A stretch of DNA of 48,209 nt from the NCBI GenBank assembly GCA_018971305.1, contig JAGXBC010000005.1, positions 1 through 48,209 of the forward strand, written 5' to 3'. This document shows, piece by piece, positions 27,128 through 36,561 of the stretch. The notes below the pieces were generated by a model that saw nothing but the letters and a program-made list of their open reading frames with translations, did no database searches and was not told where the DNA came from. The translations under genes were made by a program, and so were the position numbers. The number at the start of each line of letters is the position of its first letter. Within the stretch, counting starts at the first letter, position 1. The DNA is from Patescibacteria group bacterium. GTDB lineage: Bacteria; Patescibacteriota; Minisyncoccia; UBA6257; 2-01-FULL-56-20.

Positions 27128-27802
27128 TCACCTTATTTTATTCACAAGCACGGTTTGTACTCCGGAAATGTCATAAACAAATTTAATTGCGGCTTCCTGA
27201 AAAAGCTTATCTGCGGAGATATTAACGCTCTCAACTTCTCCGATCGGCAGATCGTACGGAAAGTCCGGCGATGCCGAATAAATTATGTCTCCCTGGGCTA
27301 TCTCCGATTTAAGCGTTATCAACGTAGCTGTAGGTAGAGACCCCCCTCGGAGCAAAGCCTCGGCTCCGGAAGAACCAATCCGTACCGGCGACTGAAAACC
27401 GCTGTCGAAGACCGTCTGTACAACGGAGGTGTCTCTCTGAACGCTTTTAATCTTTCCGATGAGAATGTTTCCGAAAGTAACCGCCGCCCCCGTAACTACA
27501 CCTTCGTTTTCTCCGGCATCGAGCAATAATTCGTTTTTAAAATTTAGAGGGTAGCGCGAGTACACTATGGCTCTTATATAACTTGATGACTTATCCGGAA
27601 GCTGATCTTTGATGGCGTTAAGTTTAGCAATCTCAGCTCTTAAGGTTGCATTCTGTATGGCCAGGTTATTTTCATCAATCGCCCCGCCGTTAAAATTAGC
27701 ATCCAATTTATTCCTTAATTGCCACCCATACTGTGGTTCAAAAAATATCAAAAAGGCCGCGATGATTACGAGGATTAGGAATAAAAAAGTGTTGCTTTTC
27801 AC
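27128..27802 (-). CDS. mreC: Rod shape-determining protein MreC
   Basis: It has a TM anchor, a coiled-coil segment (ATLRAEIAKLNAIKDQL) and a beta-rich C-terminus. The start codon is GTG. Confidence 0.8.
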   Translation of the reverse strand: MKSNTFLFLILVIIAAFLIFFEPQYGWQLRNKLDANFNGGAIDENNLAIQNATLRAEIAKLNAIKDQLPDKSSSYIRAIVYSRYPLNFKNELLLDAGENEGVVTGAAVTFGNILIGKIKSVQRDTSVVQTVFDSGFQSPVRIGSSGAEALLRGGSLPTATLITLKSEIAQGDIIYSASPDFPYDLPIGEVESVNISADKLFQEAAIKFVYDISGVQTVLVNKIR

Positions 27803-27838
27803 TATTTAGCTGGTTGAAAATCGTTTCCGGCCGCCTCT

Positions 27839-28885
27839 TTAAAGGTTAATTGAGAGTGGTTGCGGTGGGTTCGCCAAAAATAAACGGTGGCCATCAAAAT
27901 CATCAATTATTCTCCCTAATCCTCTCGCCACACAGGCAAGGGGGCTGTCCACTATTTTGACAGAAACTCCGGCTTCTTTGCTTATAAGTTCGTCCAAGCC
28001 GCGGAGCATGGCGCCTCCTCCGCAAACATAAATACCTCCGTTCAGAATGTCACCGACCAATTCCGGCGGCGTAGCCTCCACAACTTCGCGGATAGAATCG
28101 GTTATGTACTTAAGGGATTTGGCGAGGGCTGCGCGCACGTGATTGGTTTTAAGGATGACTTCCCGCGGCAGGCCCGTAGTAATGTCACGACCCCGGATGG
28201 CTATTTCCAGACGATCGTCTATGGGAATTGCCGAACCAACTTCTATTTTGGCCAACTCGGCAGTAGATTCTCCGATGGCAAGACGGAATTCGTCACGGAC
28301 AAATCTTATAATATCTTCGTTGAATTTATCGCCCGCAATCTTGAGCGTTTTGGAAACAACTGTTCCGCCCAGAGAAATTATGGCAATATCCGTTGTCCCG
28401 CCTCCGATATCAACTATCAAACTCGCCGAAGGTTCGGTAACGGGCAGATCGGCTCCTAAAGCTGCGGCGGTTGGAGATTCAACTAAGTAAACCTTGGAAC
28501 AACCGGAGCTTAAGGCGGCATCTTCCACGGATTTTCTTTCAACTTCCGTCAGATTATTTGGTATGGCTATTACTGCCCGCCTGTAACTTAATAAAGGGTT
28601 AGTCCTCTGTTTTTTTAAAAGTTCACGCAAATATTCCTGCGTCATTTCAAAATCGGAAATAACGCCGTTTACGAGCGGCCGGATGACGTTAATGTGTCCC
28701 GGAGTACGGCCCAGCATCTTCTTGGCCTCTAATCCTATCGCCAAAATTTTGTTGGTTTTATTGTTAATAGCAGCCACAGTTGGCTCATCAATAACAATGC
28801 CGCGGTTCTTTAAATAGACCAATGAATTCGCGGTTCCAAGGTCAATTCCTATGTCGCTAAAAAATTTATCTAAAATACCAGCCAT
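27839..28885 (-). CDS. mreB: Rod shape-determining protein MreB
   Basis: IGIDLGTANSLVY and DIGGGTTDIA are actin-fold motifs. I set the start at the ATG (MAGILDKF). Confidence 0.93.
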   Translation of the reverse strand: MAGILDKFFSDIGIDLGTANSLVYLKNRGIVIDEPTVAAINNKTNKILAIGLEAKKMLGRTPGHINVIRPLVNGVISDFEMTQEYLRELLKKQRTNPLLSYRRAVIAIPNNLTEVERKSVEDAALSSGCSKVYLVESPTAAALGADLPVTEPSASLIVDIGGGTTDIAIISLGGTVVSKTLKIAGDKFNEDIIRFVRDEFRLAIGESTAELAKIEVGSAIPIDDRLEIAIRGRDITTGLPREVILKTNHVRAALAKSLKYITDSIREVVEATPPELVGDILNGGIYVCGGGAMLRGLDELISKEAGVSVKIVDSPLACVARGLGRIIDDFDGHRLFLANPPQPLSINL

Positions 28886-28974
28886 TGGAGATTGATAAGA
28901 AAATACCACAAAAAAACAGCGGGGGCAAGATAGCATGCGGTTTGATTTCCCACCAACCGTCAAGCTATCCGGCG

Positions 28975-30195
28975 TTATGATAAAATCTTCAGTGCCTCGG
29001 AGAGAGAAACGATCTGCGCATCTTCTTCATTCCTTTTTTTAACTTCTATCTTGTCGCCAGTTTTTGGACTGACTACCAGCCGCCAAGGAATTCCCAAGAG
29101 GTCGGCTTCGGCAAATTTCTCTCCGGCGTTCGTATCGCGATCGTCATAGAGAATCTCCACGCCCGCCTTTTGCAATTCTTGATAAATCTTTCCGCCATCA
29201 ACGCTTCCTAGAGCCAGGAGGTGTGCCTTAAAAGGCGCAACCGTCTCCGGCCAGATTATCCCGTTCTTATCGTTATAAACTTCTACTATGGTTGCCATCA
29301 ATCGCCCGATACCTATGCCATATGAACCCATCACGACCAATTTTTCTTTTCCGTCTTCGTCACGGAACTTAAAGTTGAAAGCTTCTGAATATTTGGTTCC
29401 CAAAGGGAAAATATTACCCACCTCAATCGATTTTTTCTCCTCCACCCCGCCGTCGCATTGGGAGCACTTTCCGCCGGATTTCAGCTTGGAAATCTCTTTG
29501 TTTTCCGCATAACCGCATTTTCCGCAGACGAATATCGTGTCTTCGCCGATATCGGCTACAACCTGGAATTCATGCGTATTTTCGGCTGTAAAATCTCCTC
29601 CGGCGGCAAGAGTGTAAATCGCCTTCAGGCCACAGCGTTCGAATATCTTGCGGTATGCTAAAGCAACTTTTCCGTAATATTCCAACAAATCTTTTTCCGA
29701 AGCGTGGAAACTATAGAGATCTTTCATTAAAAATTCTTTTCCACGCAAAAGTCCTGACTTGGCCCGCGGCTCGTTTCTGAACTTCGTCTGGATCTGATAA
29801 ACTGCAGCAGGCAAATCTCTATACGAACTTATATTTCTGGCGGCGATGGGGGTCAACAAGTCCTCGTGCGACCAGCCGAGAACAAAATTCGGCTTGTCTT
29901 CTTCTTTGCCGAAAACTTCGTAACCGATATCAACGCTCCAACGACCGGTACTTTCCCAATATTTTTTCTCCACGAGCGCCGGCATCTGCAATTCCTCGCC
30001 GCCGATAGCGTTCATTTCTTCGCGGATTATATCGGCGATCTTCTGGATAACCCTCCAGCCAAGCGGTAAATAAGTGTAAACACCGGCAGATGTTTTATAA
30101 ACAAATCCCCCGCGCGTTAAAAGCTTTGCGTTTGTAGCCTCTTCGTCCTTCGGCGCTTCGCGGAGAATTTTTGTGAAAAGTTTGGATTGGAGCAT
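28975..30195 (-). CDS. proS: Prolyl-tRNA synthetase, bacterial type with INS editing domain replaced by a short CxxC...CxxC element
   Basis: The N-terminus SKLFTKILREAPKDEEATNAKLLTRGGFVYKTSAGVYTYLPLG, motif 2 FRNEPRAKSGLLRGKEF and motif 3 GSYGIGIGR are present. The protein is 406 aa. Confidence 0.9.
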   Translation of the reverse strand: MLQSKLFTKILREAPKDEEATNAKLLTRGGFVYKTSAGVYTYLPLGWRVIQKIADIIREEMNAIGGEELQMPALVEKKYWESTGRWSVDIGYEVFGKEEDKPNFVLGWSHEDLLTPIAARNISSYRDLPAAVYQIQTKFRNEPRAKSGLLRGKEFLMKDLYSFHASEKDLLEYYGKVALAYRKIFERCGLKAIYTLAAGGDFTAENTHEFQVVADIGEDTIFVCGKCGYAENKEISKLKSGGKCSQCDGGVEEKKSIEVGNIFPLGTKYSEAFNFKFRDEDGKEKLVVMGSYGIGIGRLMATIVEVYNDKNGIIWPETVAPFKAHLLALGSVDGGKIYQELQKAGVEILYDDRDTNAGEKFAEADLLGIPWRLVVSPKTGDKIEVKKRNEEDAQIVSLSEALKILS

Positions 30196-30236
30196 AAATT
30201 AAGAGTATCACTAAAATATACCTGCGACAAAATATA

Positions 30237-31283
30237 CTATAGAAACCTTGAAAGGAAAAATATCACGAGCCCGAAGACGGCGCTCAAGGCCGAGATTATC
30301 CAAAAACGCATCGTTACCTGCGATTCAGGCCAGCCCTTGGCTTCAAAGTGATGATGCAAGGGCGTGGAAAGGAAAATCTTTTTACCGCGTATTTTTTTGC
30401 TCGCAAGTTGGACGATAACGGAAAGCGATTCTACTACCAAGATAATCGCGAAGAATGGCAGGAGAAGTGTTGTGTTGGTAAGCATGGCGATAACGCCGAT
30501 TGTGATACCGAGCGACATAGAACCGGTATCCCCCATAAAAAATCTTGCCGGATAGATGTTATACCAAAGAAAGGCGAGAAGTGCTCCGACTATTGCCGCA
30601 CCGAAAGCGGCAAGGTCATAACGATGCAAGATAAAAGCTACCGTAATCAATGCTACGAAAGCGAACAATGCCACGCCGCCGAAAAGACCATCTAAACCAT
30701 CTGTTTCGTTAGCAGAAAAAGCGCTCGCGAAAATTATGAAAATAAAGATAGGGATATACCAGGCCCCTATTTGAAAATTTCCTATAAGCGGCACGTTGAT
30801 AACATCCCAGCCGAGCTTGAAGTAGAACCACCAGGCGCCGATGGCGGCAATAATGATATAGATGATAGATTTCTGACGGATTTTGAGGCCGCCACCGGAT
30901 GCACCGCCAATGCCCCGCGTTCCCAGCCAATCGTCAACAAGCCCCAAGAGCGCCGCGATAAAAAGCGCGATGAGCGGCAAATAGGTTTCGGCACGATTGA
31001 TAAAATTCAAATATCCCCAAGAACCGGGAAAAAGCCGGGAAGCTATCCAAAAAATTATCGCCAGACCGATAACAGTGGCCCAAATTATAACTCCGCCGGC
31101 GGTCGGCGTTCCGGCTTTCTTCTCGTGGAATTTATGGAAAACGGGGGTTTCTTTGTCGCCCCTGATTTGCTTCCTGAAATTTCTTTTATCCAGGAAACTA
31201 GACCAGAAAGGAGTTACTATTAGTGCGACAAAAAATGCTATAACGGCAACGATAATAATTCTGACTGTTTCAAATAAAAGCAT
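30237..31283 (-). CDS. mraY: Phospho-N-acetylmuramoyl-pentapeptide transferase
   Basis: The protein is polytopic with the NETDGLDGL, MGDTGS and HHHFE motifs. Confidence 0.93.
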   Translation of the reverse strand: MLLFETVRIIIVAVIAFFVALIVTPFWSSFLDKRNFRKQIRGDKETPVFHKFHEKKAGTPTAGGVIIWATVIGLAIIFWIASRLFPGSWGYLNFINRAETYLPLIALFIAALLGLVDDWLGTRGIGGASGGGLKIRQKSIIYIIIAAIGAWWFYFKLGWDVINVPLIGNFQIGAWYIPIFIFIIFASAFSANETDGLDGLFGGVALFAFVALITVAFILHRYDLAAFGAAIVGALLAFLWYNIYPARFFMGDTGSMSLGITIGVIAMLTNTTLLLPFFAIILVVESLSVIVQLASKKIRGKKIFLSTPLHHHFEAKGWPESQVTMRFWIISALSAVFGLVIFFLSRFL

Positions 31284-31286
31284 GGC

Positions 31287-32399
31287 TTATTTGTAATTAT
31301 TTTCAAACCAATTTATCAAATTGTGGGTGTCATTGAATCTATCGTCTGACCCTAATACTATAACCAAAATCGGACGTTTTTCGTAGGAAAAGAGCGAGAG
31401 CAGATTGCCGCTCGCTTCGTCCGTGAATCCGGTTTTGCCTCCCAAAAAATCGTACTCGCCCGCGAAAATATTGATATTCTTCACGGAAATTTTTCTGCCG
31501 GAGTTAAGCTCGGTAATGTATACGGACTTATTCGTTGTGATCTTAAATATTTCCGGATATTGATTATATATCTTCTGAGCTAAACTCAAGAGGTTAAAGG
31601 CGGTGGACTGATTGGCCGAAGATAGCCCGACAGAACCGTCATAATTAGTATCGGCTAACCCCCAATTTTTTGCCTGCGCGTTCATTGCTGCCACAAAATC
31701 GGTATAACCATAAAAATTTGCGATAGCTGTTGCGGCTTCATTGTTGGATTCCACAAACATCGCCAAGCGCAAATCACCAATAGTAAATCTATCACCAATA
31801 CCCATATCAGGAGAATAATCCGTTGGGAAATCAGCCTCAGTCAAAGTGGTTGACTGATTTACAGAGATGCCCCGTGAAACGATAACTCCTGTCATTAGCT
31901 TCGTGAGGGAGGCTAACGGCCAGCGCATGTTTGGCTTCAGCTCAAAATAAACCTGGCCGCTCAGAAGATCGGCAACCAAAACAGCATGCGCGCTTGTCTG
32001 TGGCACGCTACCATTGCCATAGCGATAAAATAACTGCTTAGTCGGATCATTGGATGACTCTACTGCTCCCAGTGATTCGGAAACATTGGCGGAGTTCAAA
32101 GCCGGATTAGTATCGTTCTGAAGTGATGATGTCGTTTCGTTCGCAGATATAGAGTCTCCCAATATTTTTTCAAGGATAGACGCGTTATTTGTTTCGGACG
32201 GAGTCGCCGATTTCAATCCGCTTTCCGGGATTTTTGAGGGAGATTCTAGAACAAAAATCGGAGGAGCGGATTTTGCGTCCGTCATAAAATTGGCATCGGC
32301 CACAGCCGGCGGCTTAGAGAATACCGCACTACGATTGCTGAAAACCACAAGAAGCAATATTATCCCTAAAAATGAAAACTTATGCCAATTTTCGTCCAT
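31287..32399 (-). CDS. D-alanyl-D-alanine carboxypeptidase (S11/PBP5-like)
   Basis: It has a signal anchor, a low-complexity linker, the SLTKLMT (SxxK) motif and KTGFT. Confidence 0.8.
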   Translation of the reverse strand: MDENWHKFSFLGIILLLVVFSNRSAVFSKPPAVADANFMTDAKSAPPIFVLESPSKIPESGLKSATPSETNNASILEKILGDSISANETTSSLQNDTNPALNSANVSESLGAVESSNDPTKQLFYRYGNGSVPQTSAHAVLVADLLSGQVYFELKPNMRWPLASLTKLMTGVIVSRGISVNQSTTLTEADFPTDYSPDMGIGDRFTIGDLRLAMFVESNNEAATAIANFYGYTDFVAAMNAQAKNWGLADTNYDGSVGLSSANQSTAFNLLSLAQKIYNQYPEIFKITTNKSVYITELNSGRKISVKNINIFAGEYDFLGGKTGFTDEASGNLLSLFSYEKRPILVIVLGSDDRFNDTHNLINWFENNYK

Positions 32400-32405
32400 A
32401 ATTAA

Positions 32406-33518
32406 TCACGATTCGTACACTGTTCTTAATTTTTTCTCCCTATCAAATCTTTGGATAGCCAGGGTAATCAATTTGTCTATCAATTTTTTATAAGGCAGGC
32501 CGCTCGCCTCCCAAAGCTTGGGGTACATGCTGATCTTAGTGAACCCCGGAATAGTATTTATCTCGTTCACTAAAAGTTTGCCATCTTCTTTCAGAAATAA
32601 ATCAACGCGGGCCATTCCTTCGCAGCATAATGTCTGAAAAGTTTTAACGGCCAGATTACGAACGTTTTCCATTGTTTCCGGAGGCAGGTCGGCCGGGATT
32701 TTTAGAATTGCCCCGTTCTCATCCAGATACTTGGCTTCGTAAGAATAAAATTCGTGACCATGCGGAATAACTTCTCCGGCTACCGAAGCCATGGGGCTTT
32801 CGTTTCCTAAAACGGAACACTCCAATTCCCTGCCCTGAATATATTCCTCAACGAGGACTTTTGTGTCATAAAGGAATGCGTCGTGAATTGATTCTTTGAA
32901 TTGGTCGTCATTCCTTACTTTATGCACGCCGACAGACGAACCAAGATTGGCCGGCTTAATGAAAAATGGAGTTCCTAATTGCGCAGCCAGATCTTCGTAA
33001 CTTAAATGCCTTAAATCGTTTTTTGTAAGGACGGCGAAACGCGCGTGGGGAATACCCGCATCGCGTAAAAGACGCTTCTGCACGTCTTTGTCCATGCCAA
33101 CAGCGGAACCCAAAACGCTCGCTCCTACAAATGGCACATCGGCTAATTTGAGCATCCCCTGGACAGTCCCATCTTCACCGAAAGTTCCGTGCAGAACCGG
33201 GAAAACAACGTCAACGGCCCCAGGAGACACCCTTCCTAAAGAATCAATCCACGTCCGGCCCCCATCTCCGGGAACTAGAGCCAAGCCGCTCTTTACCGGT
33301 CCTATCTTAGCTGTTTTGGGGTTTTCCACGTAAGACAAAAATTGCGCCGGAGCGCTAAGATGCCATTTTCCTGTTTTATCTATCCCGGCGAGGGTAACTT
33401 CGTACTTATCCTTATCTATAGACTCGTAAACGTTTTTAGCCGACTGCAAAGATACTTCGTGTTCCGTCGACTTGCCGCCGAAAACGATTGCTACTCTGAT
33501 TTTTCTATTTCTGCGCAT
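32406..33518 (-). CDS. ddl: D-alanine--D-alanine ligase
   Basis: IRVAIVFGGKSTEHEVSLQSA, HGTFGEDGTVQG and NEINTIPGFT are present. Confidence 0.93.
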   Translation of the reverse strand: MRRNRKIRVAIVFGGKSTEHEVSLQSAKNVYESIDKDKYEVTLAGIDKTGKWHLSAPAQFLSYVENPKTAKIGPVKSGLALVPGDGGRTWIDSLGRVSPGAVDVVFPVLHGTFGEDGTVQGMLKLADVPFVGASVLGSAVGMDKDVQKRLLRDAGIPHARFAVLTKNDLRHLSYEDLAAQLGTPFFIKPANLGSSVGVHKVRNDDQFKESIHDAFLYDTKVLVEEYIQGRELECSVLGNESPMASVAGEVIPHGHEFYSYEAKYLDENGAILKIPADLPPETMENVRNLAVKTFQTLCCEGMARVDLFLKEDGKLLVNEINTIPGFTKISMYPKLWEASGLPYKKLIDKLITLAIQRFDREKKLRTVYES

Positions 33519-33623
33519 TACTCCTATTTATAACGTATAAAGGATATTTAGAAAAGGTATCTCGACGATAAAAAAACCGAATTTAAATACCCGATATATG
33601 AAATTTTAAATCCTTATAACTTA

Positions 33624-34295
33624 TTAATTTTCTTTATTAGGGTTCGCGACGTCTGATTCTTTTAACTCAACGGCTTGAACACTCGGGGCCAACCCCTCAC
33701 CAAGCGGCTGTTCGACGGTGGTCGGAGCAGTCTCCAGGGCGATATTCGTTTCAAAATTTTTCAGAAGTTCCTGGAATTTAGCGTAATCTGGTAACTCCTC
33801 CCGTGTTTTCATGCCGAGATGTTTCAGTAAATCAAAAGTAGGCTTATAGAGATATACATTCTGGCGATTGGGATCGGGGAGCCGCTCCACAAGTCCACGC
33901 AGAAGCAAGCTGCGCAAAATAAAACTGGAGTTCACGCCGCGCAAGTATTCCAGGCGGCTGCGGGAGATCGGAGCAAAATAGGCAACCAACGCCAAAGCCT
34001 CCAAGCTCGCGGGCGACAGATCCTCAGATAATTCTTCTTTGATAAAATCCTCGGCAACTTTATTAAATTCCGATTTGGTCACTAACTGAACTTTGTCCTC
34101 ATCAACGACAAGCGCAAGTCCCCTCTCCGGACCGTCCAGACGATTTTTAAATTCGCCGACAAGCGACCCGGTTTCTTCTGATTTCAAGTCCAGGATAGCG
34201 GAAATTTTTTTGAAAGTTAAGGGCTCGCCGTGAATAAAAAGCAGGGCTTCCAGCTCTCCAAGTTTTTTTTCTAAGTTCTCCATTTTAATTGCCAC
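33624..34295 (-). CDS. scpB: Segregation and condensation protein B
   Basis: LEALLFIHGEPLTFKKI and the winged-helix repeats are present. The gene overlaps the scpA stop. The start is either the GTG in the track or the ATG four codons downstream. Confidence 0.85.
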   Translation of the reverse strand: MAIKMENLEKKLGELEALLFIHGEPLTFKKISAILDLKSEETGSLVGEFKNRLDGPERGLALVVDEDKVQLVTKSEFNKVAEDFIKEELSEDLSPASLEALALVAYFAPISRSRLEYLRGVNSSFILRSLLLRGLVERLPDPNRQNVYLYKPTFDLLKHLGMKTREELPDYAKFQELLKNFETNIALETAPTTVEQPLGEGLAPSVQAVELKESDVANPNKEN

Positions 34296-35043
34296 TTACG
34301 GTTTGTTTCTTATTTCTAATTATAATATCAGAAAATCCTTCGTTCTGCTCCAAAAAGATTAATTGCTCTCTGGCGAGGTGAAGGATAGCGAGAAAAGCTA
34401 TGACGATTTCCGCACGGGATTTCGAGCCCGAGAGCGCCGTAAAACTTGACTCAACAACGGTTTGCAGACGGCCGATAATTTCCTGCATCTTTTCTTCAAT
34501 ACTTACTATTTTTTCCTTGATGGTTTTCGTTTCCTCAACTAAGTCGCCGAAGCTGGAAAAAAGTTTATTGATGGATCCCATAAGGATATCCAGTTCCAGG
34601 CCGTCGCCGGGATAGAAAAAACCCGAGCCTGAACCAATTCCCAGCCCTTTAATGGCGAGAAACGGCCTGCCGAACTCGGTATTTTTGGCTCGCCACAGTT
34701 TTTCAAGCATCTTTAAAGTCGGGCGTAATTCCTGATAAATTTTCAAACGCCGTTCCAGATCTTTCATTCCAAACTCTTCTTCCTCCGTCAAACTCAGATC
34801 GGGCAAAAGGTATTTGGATTTTATAAGAACCAAGCGGCTCGCCACGGAGATAAAATCGGCTATAGTGCGAAGCTTATCAGCCGACTCCCTGCTCCCTTCC
34901 ATAAGAGTTCGCAGATAATTCAGGAAGTCATCAGTTACCTGAGCCATGCTTATCTGAGTAATTTCCAGCTGCCGCGCTTCAATAAGCTCTAAAAGTTTCT
35001 CTAAAGGACCGCTGAATTTCTCTAGTTTAAGTTCGTAGGGCAT
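34285..35043 (-). CDS. scpA: Segregation and condensation protein A (kleisin)
   Basis: FSGPLEKLLELIEARQLEITQISMAQVTDDFL is the ScpA N-terminal signature. Confidence 0.85.
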   Translation of the reverse strand: MPYELKLEKFSGPLEKLLELIEARQLEITQISMAQVTDDFLNYLRTLMEGSRESADKLRTIADFISVASRLVLIKSKYLLPDLSLTEEEEFGMKDLERRLKIYQELRPTLKMLEKLWRAKNTEFGRPFLAIKGLGIGSGSGFFYPGDGLELDILMGSINKLFSSFGDLVEETKTIKEKIVSIEEKMQEIIGRLQTVVESSFTALSGSKSRAEIVIAFLAILHLAREQLIFLEQNEGFSDIIIRNKKQTVSGN

Positions 35044-35058
35044 TAAAATAATCCTTCT

Positions 35059-36426
35059 CTAATTAGTATTCTTCAGAGCACCCGCCGTATATACGTTTGA
35101 GGGATCCCAAAGAAGCCAGCCGCCGTAATAGGCCTCAGAAGAATTAGGTGCCTCTATAAGCGTTGAGGTTGAAGTTATCATTGAGGGCGGCGTGGATATA
35201 AAGTTAAGCAAAGAATCATACGTTGCCTGCATTTCTTTTTTGACCATAGCGGCGTCATAAGTTGCCCCCAAATCAAAATCCTGTAACCACGGCCTAAGCT
35301 TAGCCCGATAAGGAACGCTCGTTGTAATTGTTCCTGTGGAAGTCGCCGATGTTGAAGAGACGTTTTCTTCAACTTTTTCTCCCGCCTCCAAACGCTGGAC
35401 GGCATGGTCCATGGAATATTTTATAACTTCATAAGGGTATTTTGCCGGGTTTTGATAACCCAAAAATCCTGTGGCGTAATGCGATGGATAAACCATCGGC
35501 GCAACCGCGTCAAAATATTTATAGGCGTCTTCGATCACCTGCCCTATTCCCAAATCGTCGTGATTCACGGTAGTAAGCCCAAAGAGGTCTGCGGACAATT
35601 TTGCGTCCGGCATGCTGTCCCTCAGGTATTTAAAAAATCTTCCTATGATAACATGCTTCGGAGTTTTTTGGTCCCAAAAAGGATATTGTATCAGACTTAA
35701 ATCCCCATCGGAGGCAAAACGAACGTAGTCAAAATTTATTTCGTCGAAACCGCGTGAGAGCGCATCTTTCGCTATCGCAACGTCGTAATCCCAAACTGGT
35801 TTCGCCGCCGGGTCCATCCAAGCCAAACCGTGGTTATCCGACCAAACCTTACTCGTGGAAGCATTGTGGAGGGCCCACTCCGGATGTGCTTTGGCCAAAA
35901 CTGGATCCTGGAAAACGGTAATGCGTCCGATAACGTAAATTCCGGCGTCGTGCAGTTTTTTTATCAAAGCATTAGGCTGCGTAATTTTTACCTGATTATC
36001 GGCGCCGCTCCCCTTAACGAGCGGGTCGTCAATAACATAGGAAACATAACCGGAATAATCTTTGATATCTATTACCACTGCGTTTACTTCGGTTTTTTGG
36101 GCCAGGTTAATCAGATAATTAACTTTTGGGGCATAGCCTCCGGACCAACCGGTAAGATAAACCCCCTTAATGACATTCGGCGGGTTGACGAGTTGTCGCT
36201 GCGGGCCGATATCGTTATTGGAAGATACGCCGTCTAAGACCGTTGATGACGAAGAAGCAGGTCTGTCTGCTTCCGGAATTGGAGGCAGAACGATAATGGA
36301 ACTAGTAGCTGAGAGGGAAATATTCGCACCATCACTGCCAGGCATAACAGTTACAGTTTCCGGAACTAAGAATAAAAAAGCGGCGGCGAATACCGCACAA
36401 ATTGCCACTATTACCAATATCTTCAT
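35059..36426 (-). CDS. Putative extracytoplasmic glycoside hydrolase-like TIM-barrel protein
   Basis: It has a signal anchor. The stretches VVIDIKDYSGYVSY, INFDYVRF and YPSHY resemble the 'putative glycoside hydrolase' (GHL) families. I made this assignment by eye only. Confidence 0.65.
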   Translation of the reverse strand: MKILVIVAICAVFAAAFLFLVPETVTVMPGSDGANISLSATSSIIVLPPIPEADRPASSSSTVLDGVSSNNDIGPQRQLVNPPNVIKGVYLTGWSGGYAPKVNYLINLAQKTEVNAVVIDIKDYSGYVSYVIDDPLVKGSGADNQVKITQPNALIKKLHDAGIYVIGRITVFQDPVLAKAHPEWALHNASTSKVWSDNHGLAWMDPAAKPVWDYDVAIAKDALSRGFDEINFDYVRFASDGDLSLIQYPFWDQKTPKHVIIGRFFKYLRDSMPDAKLSADLFGLTTVNHDDLGIGQVIEDAYKYFDAVAPMVYPSHYATGFLGYQNPAKYPYEVIKYSMDHAVQRLEAGEKVEENVSSTSATSTGTITTSVPYRAKLRPWLQDFDLGATYDAAMVKKEMQATYDSLLNFISTPPSMITSTSTLIEAPNSSEAYYGGWLLWDPSNVYTAGALKNTN

Positions 36427-36525
36427 TTATTAAATATAACGGAAAAAAATGCCCGCGGCAAAGATTTCTTGCATAATTATTGCACCAGTGAACTTGGGTT
36501 CGTTCGGCAAAAACAAACCTTTTGT

Positions 36526-36553
36526 TTGTTTTTCCCTCTCTGCCGGGTATAAT
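36526..36553 (+). promoter_or_regulatory. Candidate dnaX promoter (TTGTTT-16 nt-TATAAT), leaderless configuration
   Basis: TATAAT lies at 36548-36553. The ATG at 36562 follows 8 nt later and there is no SD. Confidence 0.4.
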
Positions 36554-36561
36554 TGTCATAA

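Noticed and set aside
27839-28963. A 26-aa N-terminal extension of MreB.
   Set aside because: The canonical MreB N-terminus starts at the internal ATG (MAGILDKFFSDIGIDLGTANS). The extension is Cys/Phe-rich and not conserved-looking.
36427-36561. An SRP RNA, tmRNA or other ncRNA upstream of dnaX, which is a common position for ffs.
   Set aside because: I could find no SRP domain IV-like or tmRNA tag/T-arm-like motifs. The gap is explained by a promoter.
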